From the NCBI RefSeq assembly GCF_009914755.1, contig NC_060942.1: DNA of 64,000 nt. One strand, written 5' to 3'. Below are positions 30,466 through 44,306 of the stretch, one piece after another. Each line of letters opens with the position of its first letter. The stretch's first letter is position 1. Below the pieces are notes generated by a model, which saw only the letters and a list, made by a program, of their open reading frames with translations, was not told the origin of the DNA and did not search any database. The position numbers were made by a program, and so were the translations under genes. Origin of the DNA: the human T2T-CHM13v2.0 reference genome, Homo sapiens.

Positions 30466-31053
30466 TACAGTATGGTATTCTTTCTACCCTGTTTCCCAAG
30501 CCATCTCCTCTCATCTTTCCACATGGACTGAAGGGCTCTCCCCTGGATTTGTATACTTCTTGCTATCAACAGAGCACTTACTCCTCCTGTTCCTTGTCTT
30601 AAGCAGACATCGGGTTTGGTCAACATTGTATTCTGCAAACTCTAAGGGAAAACTGGTGAAGACCGAACTGTGGTGTGGGAATCCCGCCTAGCTCATCTGC
30701 CTGGGTTGTCTTTATCTTTGTCTCATGACTAGGCTATTTTACAACTCTGAGATCGCAGTGAACTTACAGAAAACTGATAGTGATGCAAGTGAATCTTGTT
30801 TATAATTAAATAAATTGTCAGGTGGAGGTTCAATTGCATTCCCTCCTCCACTGTGGAAGAAGCTAGTTTTGCATCTAGGAAGCAACTTCATTTCAGTGGG
30901 CTGACATATTTATCTGGTCTTTGGGTTCTCCTCTGAAGTAATTGTAACACCTTTCTGATTCCCTTGTTAGTTAATGAGTTAAAATCTCTGATATGTGTTC
31001 ATTGCATATTTGTTGCATCATGATTTAAACTTTCTTGTAGAAACTATTCTTAA

Positions 31054-31362
<309 letters not shown>

Positions 31363-31724
31363 AACTATTCTTTAACAGTATGTATTTGATACAGAGCCTG
31401 GTGCCCCAAGAATATGTGTTCATGACGGAATGAATGATTGAGTGAATGAATCAATTTAGACAAGTAGGTGTAGACTTTCCATGGTCAGGATCAAATATTT
31501 AGGTCTGGATGATTCATCATGAAGGAAGAGTGTGGAATACTAGCATGATGCCTAGCTACTATTACAAAGTTGAAATCGAAATGAGAAAATTTCCCTAATC
31601 CTTTGGAAGATGGTGGCAAGAATGGGCTGCAGGGGATGTGCTGAGCCTGTGTCTGTGGGTCACCTGAGTGGCTCCTACAGAGGCTGAGTCAGAGAGGTCA
31701 CAAAGTGGGCTGAGCATGGAATAA

Positions 31725-32045
<321 letters not shown>

Positions 32046-34099
32046 ATGAATGCCATTTAAGCCACATAACTCCTGCTTCCTTTCCCTCCATTGTATACAG
32101 ATCCAAGGACCAGCAGGTTTTCTCCTGCACTGAGTCTTTTAAACCCTGTCCAACTGTGAAATAATATATCATTCTGGCGTTTTTTTTTTTTTAGTTGGAG
32201 TACCATCTATAGTTAAACTGTATAAAGGAAAAAAATCCTATGAGTCAGTTTCCAGACCTATGAGTGCTTTGAAGATTACATCAATGGAGTTCCATATATT
32301 GAAACCACAAGCTTCCTGCCAATTGTCTGGATTTACAAAGATCTATTTCACTTTGAACTAATGAGGAAGAACTCCCAAGGCTATTATCTATAGACATGCA
32401 TGAACTTTTAAGGGACATTTAAAAGCCAGATCTTTACCCCCAATTTTTCTCCTATCTTTATATAAACATAACGGTTAATATAGAAAAGAAAGCTGAATTA
32501 CTATTTACATTGTTCCCAAAATTGATGTAGCAGTTTTAAGAGTACTAATATACAATGCACATACTTCTCCCTGACGCTATATAACACTATTAGGTACTAT
32601 TATTTTCCACTTTTTACAGGTGTGGAAACTGAAGCTCAGAGAGGTTAAGTAGATCACCTAAGTTCCACCACTAGACTAGTAAGTGGCAGCAACATCAAGT
32701 TTCCAATTCAGGACTAACTTTAAAGGTCACATTCTACTATACCATTATGCCCATAAGAGAACCACAGGAGTGAAATTATGTCATAGAAATATTAACATTT
32801 GATTGAGGAGAGAAAAAGACCAGTCAAAAAAGGTAATGTCAGTTTGGGTAGAGGATGGAGGGTGGCGGGTAGTGACTGGATAGGGTATAAAATTGCTAGG
32901 TGGAAAAAAAGGTTGGGAGTAGGGTAAAACGAGGGAGGCAGTCACTTGGGAAGCCAGGGTGGGGGCGTACAACTCGAGGTCAAAACAGTGCCCAGCTGAG
33001 CTATATTGGCTAAGAGTAAATAACACTGGCACCCATTTAACTCGTATGCACACGAGAGGTTGCATAAGCAACGCTTTGTACATGGCAGACTTTTCTAAGA
33101 AGTCTAAATTTAGAAGACCTCTGTTGAATTTAAATTAAAAGGCAGGATTCCAGTAAAGACTAGAAGATTTTATTTCCATAATTGGCACATGCAGGTAACA
33201 GATCCTCAGAAAATATTTGTACAGTAATTGAGGACAAAACAGGAAGGCACCTGAAGCGGTTGGGAAAGGCTTGCCAAGTCAAACTGAGTATGAAACGGCA
33301 CTTGTATGTGTAAGGGTAATAGCATTTACTGAGTCATCTACGATGTGCCAGTTACCGAGTTAAGTGCTTCACATACATCAACTCCTTTAATTCTGGCAAC
33401 AACTCTATATAAACTGTATTGTCAGTCCTGTGTTAATAGATGAGGCAGAGAAATTAAGAAACTTATTCAAGCTCCTAACACTTGAATCGAGCAGATCTTT
33501 CATGCTCTTAGCCATCTCACTGCAGTCTGAATTCTTAACTTATGCTAGAGTGAAGTTTAATGACTGCTTGTGCTAGAATGTGGTGGAGACTGTATGGCGC
33601 ACCTACCTCGCCAACATGTATAAGAATATAGGTATCCAAATTACTGGTCAGAAAATCCTGCGGCCTTGGGTGATGAAAAGCTAATGGCAACAGAAATTGG
33701 GCCAGGAAGCCTCGTGTAGGGAACTACCTGACTGGTCACATTTCGTAAGTTACTTCCTTTTTGTCCCAAACGAAGCCATAGTTTTCAAAGGGATAATGGC
33801 CTTGGATGTTGCTAAGATTGGCAGAGAGAGCTCAGGTGTCGTCCATTCCGGATCATTCCAGGGAAAGGCATCCTCTACAGGGTTGCCTGCTTTGATGACG
33901 GAGATTGCGGGCGGCAGTCTGACGCGGTGTAAACCAGATGATTCCTGCTAAAAACAATCATTTCCAAGATCTGATTAGCCCTAAATATGCCGCAGCTCAG
34001 TTTGCAAAGTAGTAATTGTTTAAAAGTCTAGGCAAAGATTTTGGCCAATTCCAACTCAAGTATCCGGATCTCCAGCACTACTTCCCTCTAGCAATGCCA

Positions 34100-35300
34100 T
34101 ACACATCTAACCCTAAAACGAGGAAGCGTCCGCTGAGGTTGCCCACTGCAGGATGCTGGTGTGTCGCCGGGCACATGAAAGTCCCTGAGTCAGGGGAGAG
34201 CGCCCGCCGGGGACTGCGGGCGGGAGCCGGCGACTGAGAACCGCTTGCCCCGCTCTCTGGCGTGAGTACGCAGGCCTCCTCCCACGGTCTCAGGAAGCCC
34301 AGACGCCGCAGGCTTCCCCGCCGTAGAGGAGCTGCCGGGGCGTAATTCCTCCACCGCTTCCTCCTCCAGCTGCACCCACCCGTCCTTTCCTGCTCGGGAG
34401 GGCTGGGTTTGAAGCGCGCGCCACGGCCAGCCCGGGACCGCGGGGGAGGGCGAGGGAGGCGCGCAGCCGCACGCACGCAGTAGGCAGCCCCGCCCCGCCC
34501 CTCGAGGCCCAAGGTCCCGCCCCTCGAGGCTCCGTGCCCCGCCCCCCGGGTGCCCCGCCCCTTTGCGCGGCTGGCGCGGCCAGCCGGCCAGGCTCCCCTC
34601 GGCAAACCTGTCTAATTGGGGCGGGGAGCGGAGCTTCCTCCTCTGAGGGCCGTGCCGCGCTGCCAGATTTGTTCTTCCGCCCCTGCCTCCGCGGCTCGGA
34701 GGCGAGCGGAAGGTGCCCCGGGGCCGAGGCCCGTGACGGGGCGGGCGGGAGCCCCGGCAGTCCGGGGTCGCCGGCGAGGGCCATGTCGCTGTTGGGGGAC
34801 CCGCTACAGGCCCTGCCGCCCTCGGCCGCCCCCACGGGGCCGCTGCTCGCCCCTCCGGCCGGCGCGACCCTCAACCGCCTGCGGGAGCCGCTGCTGCGGA
34901 GGCTCAGCGAGCTCCTGGATCAGGCGCCCGAGGGCCGGGGCTGGAGGAGACTGGCGGAGCTGGCGGGGAGTCGCGGGCGCCTCCGCCTCAGGTGAGCTCA
35001 GGGCCGCGGCAGGCCGGGCGCGCGGGTCGAGCGGGGTGGGCTGCGGTGGGGAGGTGGGGGCGCTGTCGGTGGGGCTGAGCGCGGCGGGGGCCGCCGGCGT
35101 GAGTGAGCGGAGGTGGGGAGGACTTCGGTCATTGAGGCGGAGCGGAACTCAGCAGCTCCCCGGAACGCCTGGGGTTTGAGAGCGGGGCCCAGGGCTCTGG
35201 AGGGTGGAGGCAAAAGTGGCCCAGCGGCTGCCTCGCTCCCTGTTCCCACCCCCGCCCCTGGTGAAAGGGAGAAGTCGAGGTTGACCCCGGAGGATAGTGA
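34100..35300. promoter_or_regulatory. CpG island / TATA-less promoter of MALT1
   Basis: Very GC- and CpG-rich block spanning exon 1; multiple GC boxes (CCCGCCCC) at 34488-34561; ATTGG (reverse CCAAT) at 34615-34619 overlapping GGGGCGGGG at 34618-34626; ETS-like CGGAAG near 34707. Confidence 0.92.
34783..34991 (+). CDS. MALT1: MALT1 paracaspase, coding exon 1 (209 nt; N-terminus and start of death domain)
   Basis: GCCATG start; MSLLGDPLQALPPSAAPTGPLLAPPAGATLNRLREPLLRRLSELLDQAPEGRGWRRLAELAGSRGRLRL; donor AG|GTGAG. Confidence 0.98.
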
Positions 35301-35609
35301 GAGAAGGAAAGCTGTCAGGGGACCCCTAGGATGGGGCAGTCATCCAGAGGACTTAAAATGCAAAAGAAAGGGATGTGGACACTGCTCTGGGAGACCTAAG
35401 GAAGGCTGGGAAGAAGCGCAGGCGAGGTGATGAATGCAGAGGGTGGGGTGCAGGAATTCATGAACATTTTGCAAGGTATTGGGAAAGACTGACGCCGAAC
35501 TCATCATCTCCCTCCATCAAACCAGGTTACCACGTTCTCTTCTTGACTTCACCATGAACATGAAACTCGAAGTAAAACTATTTTCCTTGTTAGGTTTGGA
35601 ATGGCTGTA

Positions 35610-36126
35610 TTAGGGTTCCTGAAGTTTTGGTCTCGAGACTCCTTTACCCTCTTAAGAATTATTGAGGACCCCAGAGAGCTCTTATGTGGGTTAGAGATAA
35701 TACATACATGTAATACATACTGATATTTACCACCTTTGAAATTAAAGCTAAGACATTTAAAAAATATTAATTTATTTAAAAAGAATAACCCATTATATGG
35801 TAACAGAAATAATACTTTCGTGGAAAAACAAATTTTCCAAAACAAAAAAGTCTATTAGAGAAGTGGCATTGGTTTTCATTTTGAAGATCTCTTTAATGTC
35901 TTGGCTTAATCACAGAGCTGGATTCGTTTATGTGCTTCTGCATTCAGTCTGTCGCACTATTACAGGTCACAGAACGCTGGAAACTGCAGTGTCCACTCCT
36001 GAAAGAATGAATGAAAAAGCTAAATAAAGTCTTAATATTGTTATGAAAAATCTTTATGACCTTGTGGACCCCGCGAAAGGGTCTCAGGAACTGCACTAGG
36101 GGTTCCCAGACCCCACTTAGAACCAT
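35610..36126. mobile_element. Charlie1-family hAT DNA transposon derivative
   Basis: 'TTTTGGTCTCGAGACTCCTTTACCCTCTTAAGAATTATTGAGGACCCCAGAGAGC' matches the recalled Charlie1 end; other end 'GACCCCACTTAGAACCA'. Confidence 0.65.
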
Positions 36127-36539
36127 TACTTTATACCATTGTTGTAACTTTGGCCTGCCTTTGAACCCCTTAGCAGTTTTTTGAACTTCTCAAATGACAA
36201 AGATTTGTCTTACAGTATAATTATTTGTACACATCTTTATAAATGCCTTAAGAACAAAAACTGTCTCTTAATATTCTGTTATGTATAGAGGTTAGTAAAT
36301 ACTTGATGAGAGGAAAGTCATTCATTCAAAATGGTATTTATTAAGTGCTTATTATTTGCTAGAAATTTTAGAAGATAAAAAACTAACAAATATTCAATTC
36401 CTAATCATAAGGGTTTATCCAGGAATGGACTATTATTTGGGGACCTTTACAATAACATATTAAATGCTGTGTTGGGTATGAATGATAATGGATTTTTATC
36501 TTTTATTGAGGACATGGTATGTACCACAAAATATACTAA

Positions 36540-36887
<348 letters not shown>

Positions 36888-38553
36888 ACATTATTTTCTT
36901 AAACCCTCCTGACAACTCTTGTTTCAGAGTTTGGGATTGAGGCAAAGGATAATAGTGACTTGGGATTATTGCTTGTGCAAAGGAGTAATGATGTGAGGAG
37001 GGAATAACTAGCAAGGCCTAGCAGAGAAGTGGCATAATTTTTTTCTGTTCTAGGAAAAACACGTTGGGCTTTTGGATATGCAAAAAAAAAAATACAAAAT
37101 ATTGTTATGCTAGGTACATAAAATTTTGAATTTCTGGACTTACCATAATGTAAAAAATTGTCTTTGGGGGCAGATCTCCAGAGTATTACGGTGCTAACGA
37201 GTACTCTGGTTAGGGAAGGTTCTGGGCTTCCTGAAGAAAGCCAGGTATGGAGGACTCCTACATGGCCATGAAGGAGAGAAAAGAAAGTCAGCAAGGCCCT
37301 GCCAGGGAAGAAGCGTGGCTGCTGGAATCCAAAAGCAGCGGATACTTGATGTTGGGTGTTGTGTTTTCCTCGCCTGCCTTCAGTCAGTTTTTGTTAAAGG
37401 CTACAAAATGGTCTTAGCTTTGTTTGGGGGAACTAAAGGAAATATTTGAGGCCACTTTTCTGTGGAGTCACACAGAGAGAAGGGGACAGTTGCCTAACAA
37501 GAGGTGGCAAGCACAAAGGGCATGCAGTTGTGGAATCTGAGAATTTGGGGTGGGAAGTCTGATGAGAGGCAGATGAGTTTCACCTGTCTTTCAAGATGGT
37601 AAAGATTAGTTTTGAGGAGGTTGGCTGGGGTGAGAAGGGTTGGAGAATTTGGGAACGTTAAGCTCATCCCTATGGAGATCAGAAGAATTAAACGGACTTT
37701 TTTTCAAAAAACAGCACTGGGAGCTTGGGGGCTGGACAGTGAAGCAAGGTCAGCTGGGGATGCTTACTCTATTTAAGACAAAAAAGTTATTGTAAAGTGA
37801 TTTCATGCTGTTGGGAGAAGATCTGTGATACTAGAAGGTCCTAAAGGTATTTTTTCTCTGGTGCCAAAGACAGGAATTATAGTGTGAGTGTCTAGTCCGT
37901 GTGGGTGACAAGTCCCACGAGGCTGTGAAGTGCTTTCTTCAGTCACTGGATCTGCAGCCCTAGAATCTCGAAATGTTGCCCATTCTGTTTCTTTTTCTTC
38001 TCTTCACTTTTTTTTCTGACACTTTACATCTTTCCTCAAACTGGGTGAAAATTTAATAATACAAATAAGTAAACCACAAGAAAAGAGCCCGTTCAAACTG
38101 TCTACAAGAGATTAGAAATAATTGTAAATGTTTTCATTGCTGATGACTCAGAGTAAATCCTTGTTGATAGCTTAGTTCCCCACAACCATGTACATTTGGG
38201 AATGTGCTATAGTCAGACCCGGCCCTGATTCCATTCAAGACTGACCTGGACACCCTTTGCTGTTAGTGTAGATAGACACAGACTCTGAGGGTCTTGCCCA
38301 AGCTATGTAAATTCTTTGGTGGCATGGAACATCTGAGCCCTAAGGATGGCAGACCTTCCAGGAGGTTCTAAATGCTGCCTAAAATTCTGTTAAGTAGGGA
38401 GCTTAGAAATGGGGCTGTGGAACCTGGACCATGGAAAAACAGTCATTGCATACCTGCTGAGTAGAAGGTGCACTTTTAGCTGCAGAAATCCTGCTTTCAT
38501 GCAGTTTATTATAGGAATGAGAACGTGTAAAAGGCTCTAACAGAAGGTTTCCT

Positions 38554-38844
38554 CCCAGCCTGGGAAACATACTGAGACCCTGTTTCTACAAAAAAACAAA
38601 AAATTAGCCAGGCATAGTGGCACAGGCCTGTAGTCCCAGCTACTCTGCAGGCTGAGGTGGGATTGCTTGAGCCCAGGAGTTCGAGGCTGCAGTGAGCCTC
38701 AACAATTATTATTGAAATTCATTCAGTAATCATTCATTTATGAATAATTAATATGGACAAGACAGAATTTTATTGATTTAGGTATTGTCAACCTCCAGCA
38801 TGGTCGACAGAGAAGACCTTGTCTCTAAAACAAATAAACTAAAA
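38554..38844 (+). mobile_element. 5'-truncated AluJ-like element carrying a 93-bp non-Alu insert
   Basis: TSD AAGGTTTCCT at 38544-38553 and 38845-38854; insert at 38695-38787 matches 41493-41577. Confidence 0.88.
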
Positions 38845-38879
38845 AAGGTTTCCTTCTCGCCCTCTTGGTCTTATCCTTC

Positions 38880-39985
38880 AGTCCCATGACTTTACATTTA
38901 TTTGGGTTGATTACTCCTAATTTCTATTTCCAGCCCATTTCTCTGCTTTGAACTCCTAGATTCACGTATGTAAACACTTGTTTGCCATCTTCTCTTGAAT
39001 GACTAAGACACGTCTTAAATATAACATGTCCAAAATTTAACACGTCTTCCCTTATAAACCTCTTTCTTTCAGTTTCTGCACCCTCTGGTTGTTCAGTCCA
39101 AAAACTTCGAATTCATTCCTGACTCCACTTTTACACACAAATCGTTTTTGTCAGCCCATCCTTCCTGCTGTACCTTCACTATATATATGTAGAATCCAAT
39201 GTCCACTGCTGGCACGCTGGGCCAAGCCACGTTGTCTCTCAACTAGATTATTCCAGTAGCCACTTAACTTCTCCCTGTTTTGCTTTGCTCCCACCCCAGT
39301 CTGTTACCAATATAGCAGTAAGAATTATTCTTTTAAAACATCACATCAGGTCTTATTCCTCCTCTGCTCAAAACTCTCCTATTGTGGCCAGGCGTGGTAG
39401 CCTCACACCTGTAATCCCAGCACTTTGGGAGGCCAGGGTGGGAGGATTACTTATGCCTAGGACTTCAAAACCAGCCTGAGCAACATAGATAGACCCCATT
39501 AAAAAAAAATGCCAACTCTCCTATTGTTTTTCCATCTCAGAGTAAAAACACCATTAGCTACCAGTTCACTCTTCAACCTGATATCTTCTTGTCTCCATCC
39601 CTCTCTACTCTGGTCACATGTGCTTTCTTGCCTTCCTTTGGACACAGTAGTCTTTGTACTTGCTGCCTACTCAGGCTGAGATGGTCTCCACAGGTAACCA
39701 CATGACTTGTTCACCTCACTGAGCTCTTCTCTGATCATAATATTTAAAATTACCCTCTACATCTGCTCAGTGTTACCTGTCTACTTGCGTTACCTCCACA
39801 ACACTTAAGACCATTGGTTAGTTGGATACATACACAAAAAGATATCTCTGTGTTTATTTAAATTTATGTCTGTACTTCTCTAGAATGAAAGATCCAGGAA
39901 GATACAGAATTTTGTTTTGTTTGCTGCTGTATCCTCAACACCTAGAAAAAACAGTGGCCTATTTTAGGTGATGGAGAAATAGATC
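38880..39985. mobile_element. L2 LINE remnant (contains an Alu monomer at 39386-39509)
   Basis: L2-like motifs 'TAACATGTCCAAAA', 'TCCAGTAGCCACTTAACTTCTCCC', 'GCTGTATCCTCAACACCTAGAA'; monomer flanked by AACTCTCCTATTGT. Confidence 0.6.
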
Positions 39986-42447
39986 AAATTAATGAATAAA
40001 GATTCCAAATAGTAAATGTACCAAGAGGAGAAGCAGAAGAACCTAAAAACAGCATTATGGTTTGTCCCCTAAAGGGTGTATAATACATTCTATTTGATTA
40101 TATATTTTTTTAAAGATAAAAATAGAGATATTTTTAAAAAGTAAAGTACATTTGTTTCAGTCATAAAGCAGTTTTTAAATTAAATCAAAAATTCTAAATT
40201 AGGACTTTCAGAAACTACTTCAAAGCACACTCTTACAGGAATGTAACTTAAAAAGGAAAGAAAGAAAAGTTAGGTATGTATAAGCATCATCTTAGCTGAA
40301 AGCCAGTGCCCATACGGAAAATCAGTAAAAACAAAAAGAGATACAGAGTCTTCTTTTTCTCCTGTGCCTCTTGTAATGGAAGAGAAATCATCTGTACTTC
40401 AATTTGATCTTTGTTCTTTTGGGGGGGAAGGAAAGCCAAGTGTTTTTAATTTTCTCTATATCAATATAGACATTAATTAAAGCATCACTTGGTTGCATTT
40501 GATGAGATGGCTTCTTAATTTCATTTATCAGATCCTGGTAAACTTCTGAATCATAAAAATTATATTTAGCATACAGCATCCCTATTTTTACAAATCTCAT
40601 TCTAATTATTTACAAAATTAGTAATCCTTGTATTGTTTCTAATACAGGTTCTTTCACTTGGGTATTTCAGAAACTAGTAAAATAAAATTTCACAAAATAA
40701 GAGCACTAACAGGCAGCTTCACCTTTTTATGTTTTCTGTCATCATAGTCACCATTGTTTCTTAAAAGAAAGAACACTTTAACACCTAAAAATGGAAAAGA
40801 CAATTTTAGAATAAAAGACAGCTTTATTGTCCTTATTTTTATCATTTTACCTTGGACTGCAGATTGTGCTGCCACTGGTCTACAGTCCAGAATTTGAGAC
40901 TGGTTGACTTGTGATATGATGATTCACATTTAACAAGAATGGCATATTGAATATAATAAAATTGAACTAGGATGCTTAGAAAAGAATACCTAGTAAATAT
41001 AGTGATCACAGGAGGCCTTAGAGGACATTTTCAGGTTACCAAAATAATAGTTACTCAAAAAAATGTTTAAGGAAAAGCTAAAATTGTTTCAGAAATAAGC
41101 ATAGTTAAGAAGTTAGCTTTAATATTCTTTTAATATCCCCATATTCTTATTGCATAATAAGAGCTAACCTTTATTGAATGTCTGTTACTTGCCAAGCACT
41201 GTGTTAAGCACTTCTTACATGGATTAGCTATTTAATTCTAACAACCCTATGAGGTAGATAATATTACTAATGAAATTAATTTGATCGTATACATTTTTTC
41301 CATATGAAATAATCAACATTATCACTGAATTTTAAATCTTGGGTAACAGTATAAATGCTATGACAGCATCTTCATAAGACTACTCAAAATGAATGAGGAT
41401 TAATATTTCAAGCAATAAAATAGTTTGCTAACCTTGATTCTGTCACACCCTGGCACTATTATGTTTCACCTCTTGCATCTGTTCAGGCTTTCAGCCTTGA
41501 CAATTATGATTGAAATTCATTCAGTAATCATTCATTAATGCATAATTAATATGGACAAGACAGAATTTTAGGTATTGAGGGATTTTATGTCTGCGTGTGT
41601 GTGTGTATACACACACATATATGTTTAATATGATGGGGTTTCTGTTTTCAAGGAGTTTACTATAATCTAGTTGGATAAGGCAGCTTTTCTTCATGCTCAT
41701 GAAGAAAAGCTCACCGTTCTAAGGTGAAATTATGTGAGATAAAACATGAAACAAGTCTGCACATGACTGCTTAAGGCCCAAATCCAGGCTGCTACCCGTT
41801 TCATATAGCCCATGATCTAAGACTGGTTTTTGTATTTTACGAATTGTAAAACAAAAAACAACAAAGAAGAATGTGTGATAGAGACTCTATGGCCCAGAAT
41901 ATCTAAAATATATCCTTGCTGGCCACTTAGAAAAACAGTTGTCTATAAAATAAGTGCAGTTAGGAGACTGTGTCTATAAAGTGTGTTTGGTGGACTGGTG
42001 TGGTCTAGGAGGACCTTGTAGAGAAGCTAGAGTTAATATGGGACTGTAATTCAAATTGGCAGGAAAAGGAGCAGGATCTGCAAAGATGGATGAGGTGTGA
42101 ATTCTACAGTATATCATGCAGATTATCTAAACACTTTGGTTGGCTGTTGTTGGTTATGTTTCTTTGGGAAAGTTTTTCTGTCGTTGATTGCTCGGTTTTT
42201 TCTTGATTCTTTTGTCTCCCCTTGAATGTTTAATACTTGTACTTTCCCCTTCTATAAAATGATTACAATTCATATCATTGTTCCATTCTTCATGGCCTTC
42301 TATGATCTGATCTTAACCTGTCTTTCTAATCTGGTATACCACTACTGCACACAATAACATGGAAAAGGAAATTGTATATGTATGTTAAATACTGGTATTT
42401 TTAAAAGAATAGTTTTAATAAAAGGACAATAAGACATTCTTTAAAGG

Positions 42448-42650
42448 AAGGGTTAGCAAACTATTTCCATAGAGGGCCCAATGGTAAATATTTTTGGCTT
42501 TGCAGCCAGGTATTCAGCTCTGCAGTTGTATCAGGAGAGCTGCCATAGACATTTGTGAATATGTGAATGAATGAGTGTAGCTGTGCTCCAGTGAAACTTT
42601 ATTTACAGAAATCAGGTAGCTGAACACATTTGGCCCACAGGCCATGGTCC
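42448..42650. mobile_element. MER58A-like DNA transposon
   Basis: 'GGGTTAGCAAACTATTTCC...GTAAATATTTTTGGCTTTGC...AAACTTTATTTACAGAA...TTTGGCCCACAGGCCA'. Confidence 0.65.
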
Positions 42651-42670
42651 CTGCAATAGGATATTTCTAG

Positions 42671-42986
<316 letters not shown>

Positions 42987-43052
42987 TAAGTACTTTGAAT
43001 GTCAATAGTACTGGTTCTCTTTCTAAATATACTTTTTAAAAATTATCAAAAG

Positions 43053-43168
43053 AGCCAGGAGTGGTGGCTCCAGCTCTTTGGGAGGCAGAGGCGGGATTAT
43101 TGCTTGAGCCCAGGAGTTTGAAACCAGCCTGGGCAACATAGCAAGACAGCATCTCTATTAAAAAAAAA
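43053..43168 (+). mobile_element. Alu left monomer (FLAM-like)
   Basis: Single monomer with A-tail; flanking repeat AAAAATTATCAAAA. Confidence 0.75.
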
Positions 43169-43813
43169 TTATCAAAAAATAAATGCACATAAAAAAATCA
43201 ACAGTACAAAAGGGGTTATAGTGAAAAGTAGATCATCCAGCCATGAGCTCTACTGTCTTACCCTCTGTGAGGCAACTATGGCTACGAGTTTCTTAGATAC
43301 CTTTTCAGAGTTTACTCTCCATGTATAAGAACACACACAAATGATCTTGGTAATAACAAACGCTGTTCTGTATCTTCCTTTTTTCATATGAATACACACA
43401 TAGACATACTACCTTGTTAATACAAATAGTAGTGTATTATACACAGTTTTTTATGTTAATTCCTTCATTTCTCAGTATGTCTTAAAGACCTATGCCTTTA
43501 CCTCAGGCTCAGTTTTTTTAATGAATTAACAGTATTTCATTTGATATACATGCCATAATTTATTTAAACTAGTAATTAAGGATATTTTTAGTATTTTTCA
43601 ATTGCTAACCTTGTAACACTGATTGTTCTATCCGCTTCATTTGGGGTCATTTTGTATTTCATCATCTTTGAAGAAGGAGTAAGGAAATTTTTCTGGCCTT
43701 CCTATTCCCCATTCCTAAATTAAAGGCAAAAAAACCTTTGTCAGTATCAAGGCTCAATTTCTCTCACATCCTGTTTCTGGGTTTCTCATTCTCCTGATTT
43801 AATAATCATGGGA

Positions 43814-44090
<277 letters not shown>

Positions 44091-44306
44091 AATAATCATG
44101 GGAGCTGAGTGGGAGAAGGGAATAAAGAGGAATTCCCCGTGATGAAAGAGGAGGAAAGGATACTCGCATTCATTATGTGAATAGTTTGTCACCACCCACC
44201 CACTCACTTGTGATTTATTCCATACAGCACCACCGTGGTCCAGATATATAGCAGGTGTATCATGTGGAAGAAAGCTGTTGACTTGAATTCTTTCTGTTGC
44301 TTTCAG

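Noticed and set aside
34078-35430. Long overlapping ORFs on both strands (175, 194, 187 aa) at the promoter
   Set aside because: Stop-codon depletion in GC-rich DNA; low-complexity G/A/R/P content; only the frame containing MALT1 exon 1 is supported by splicing
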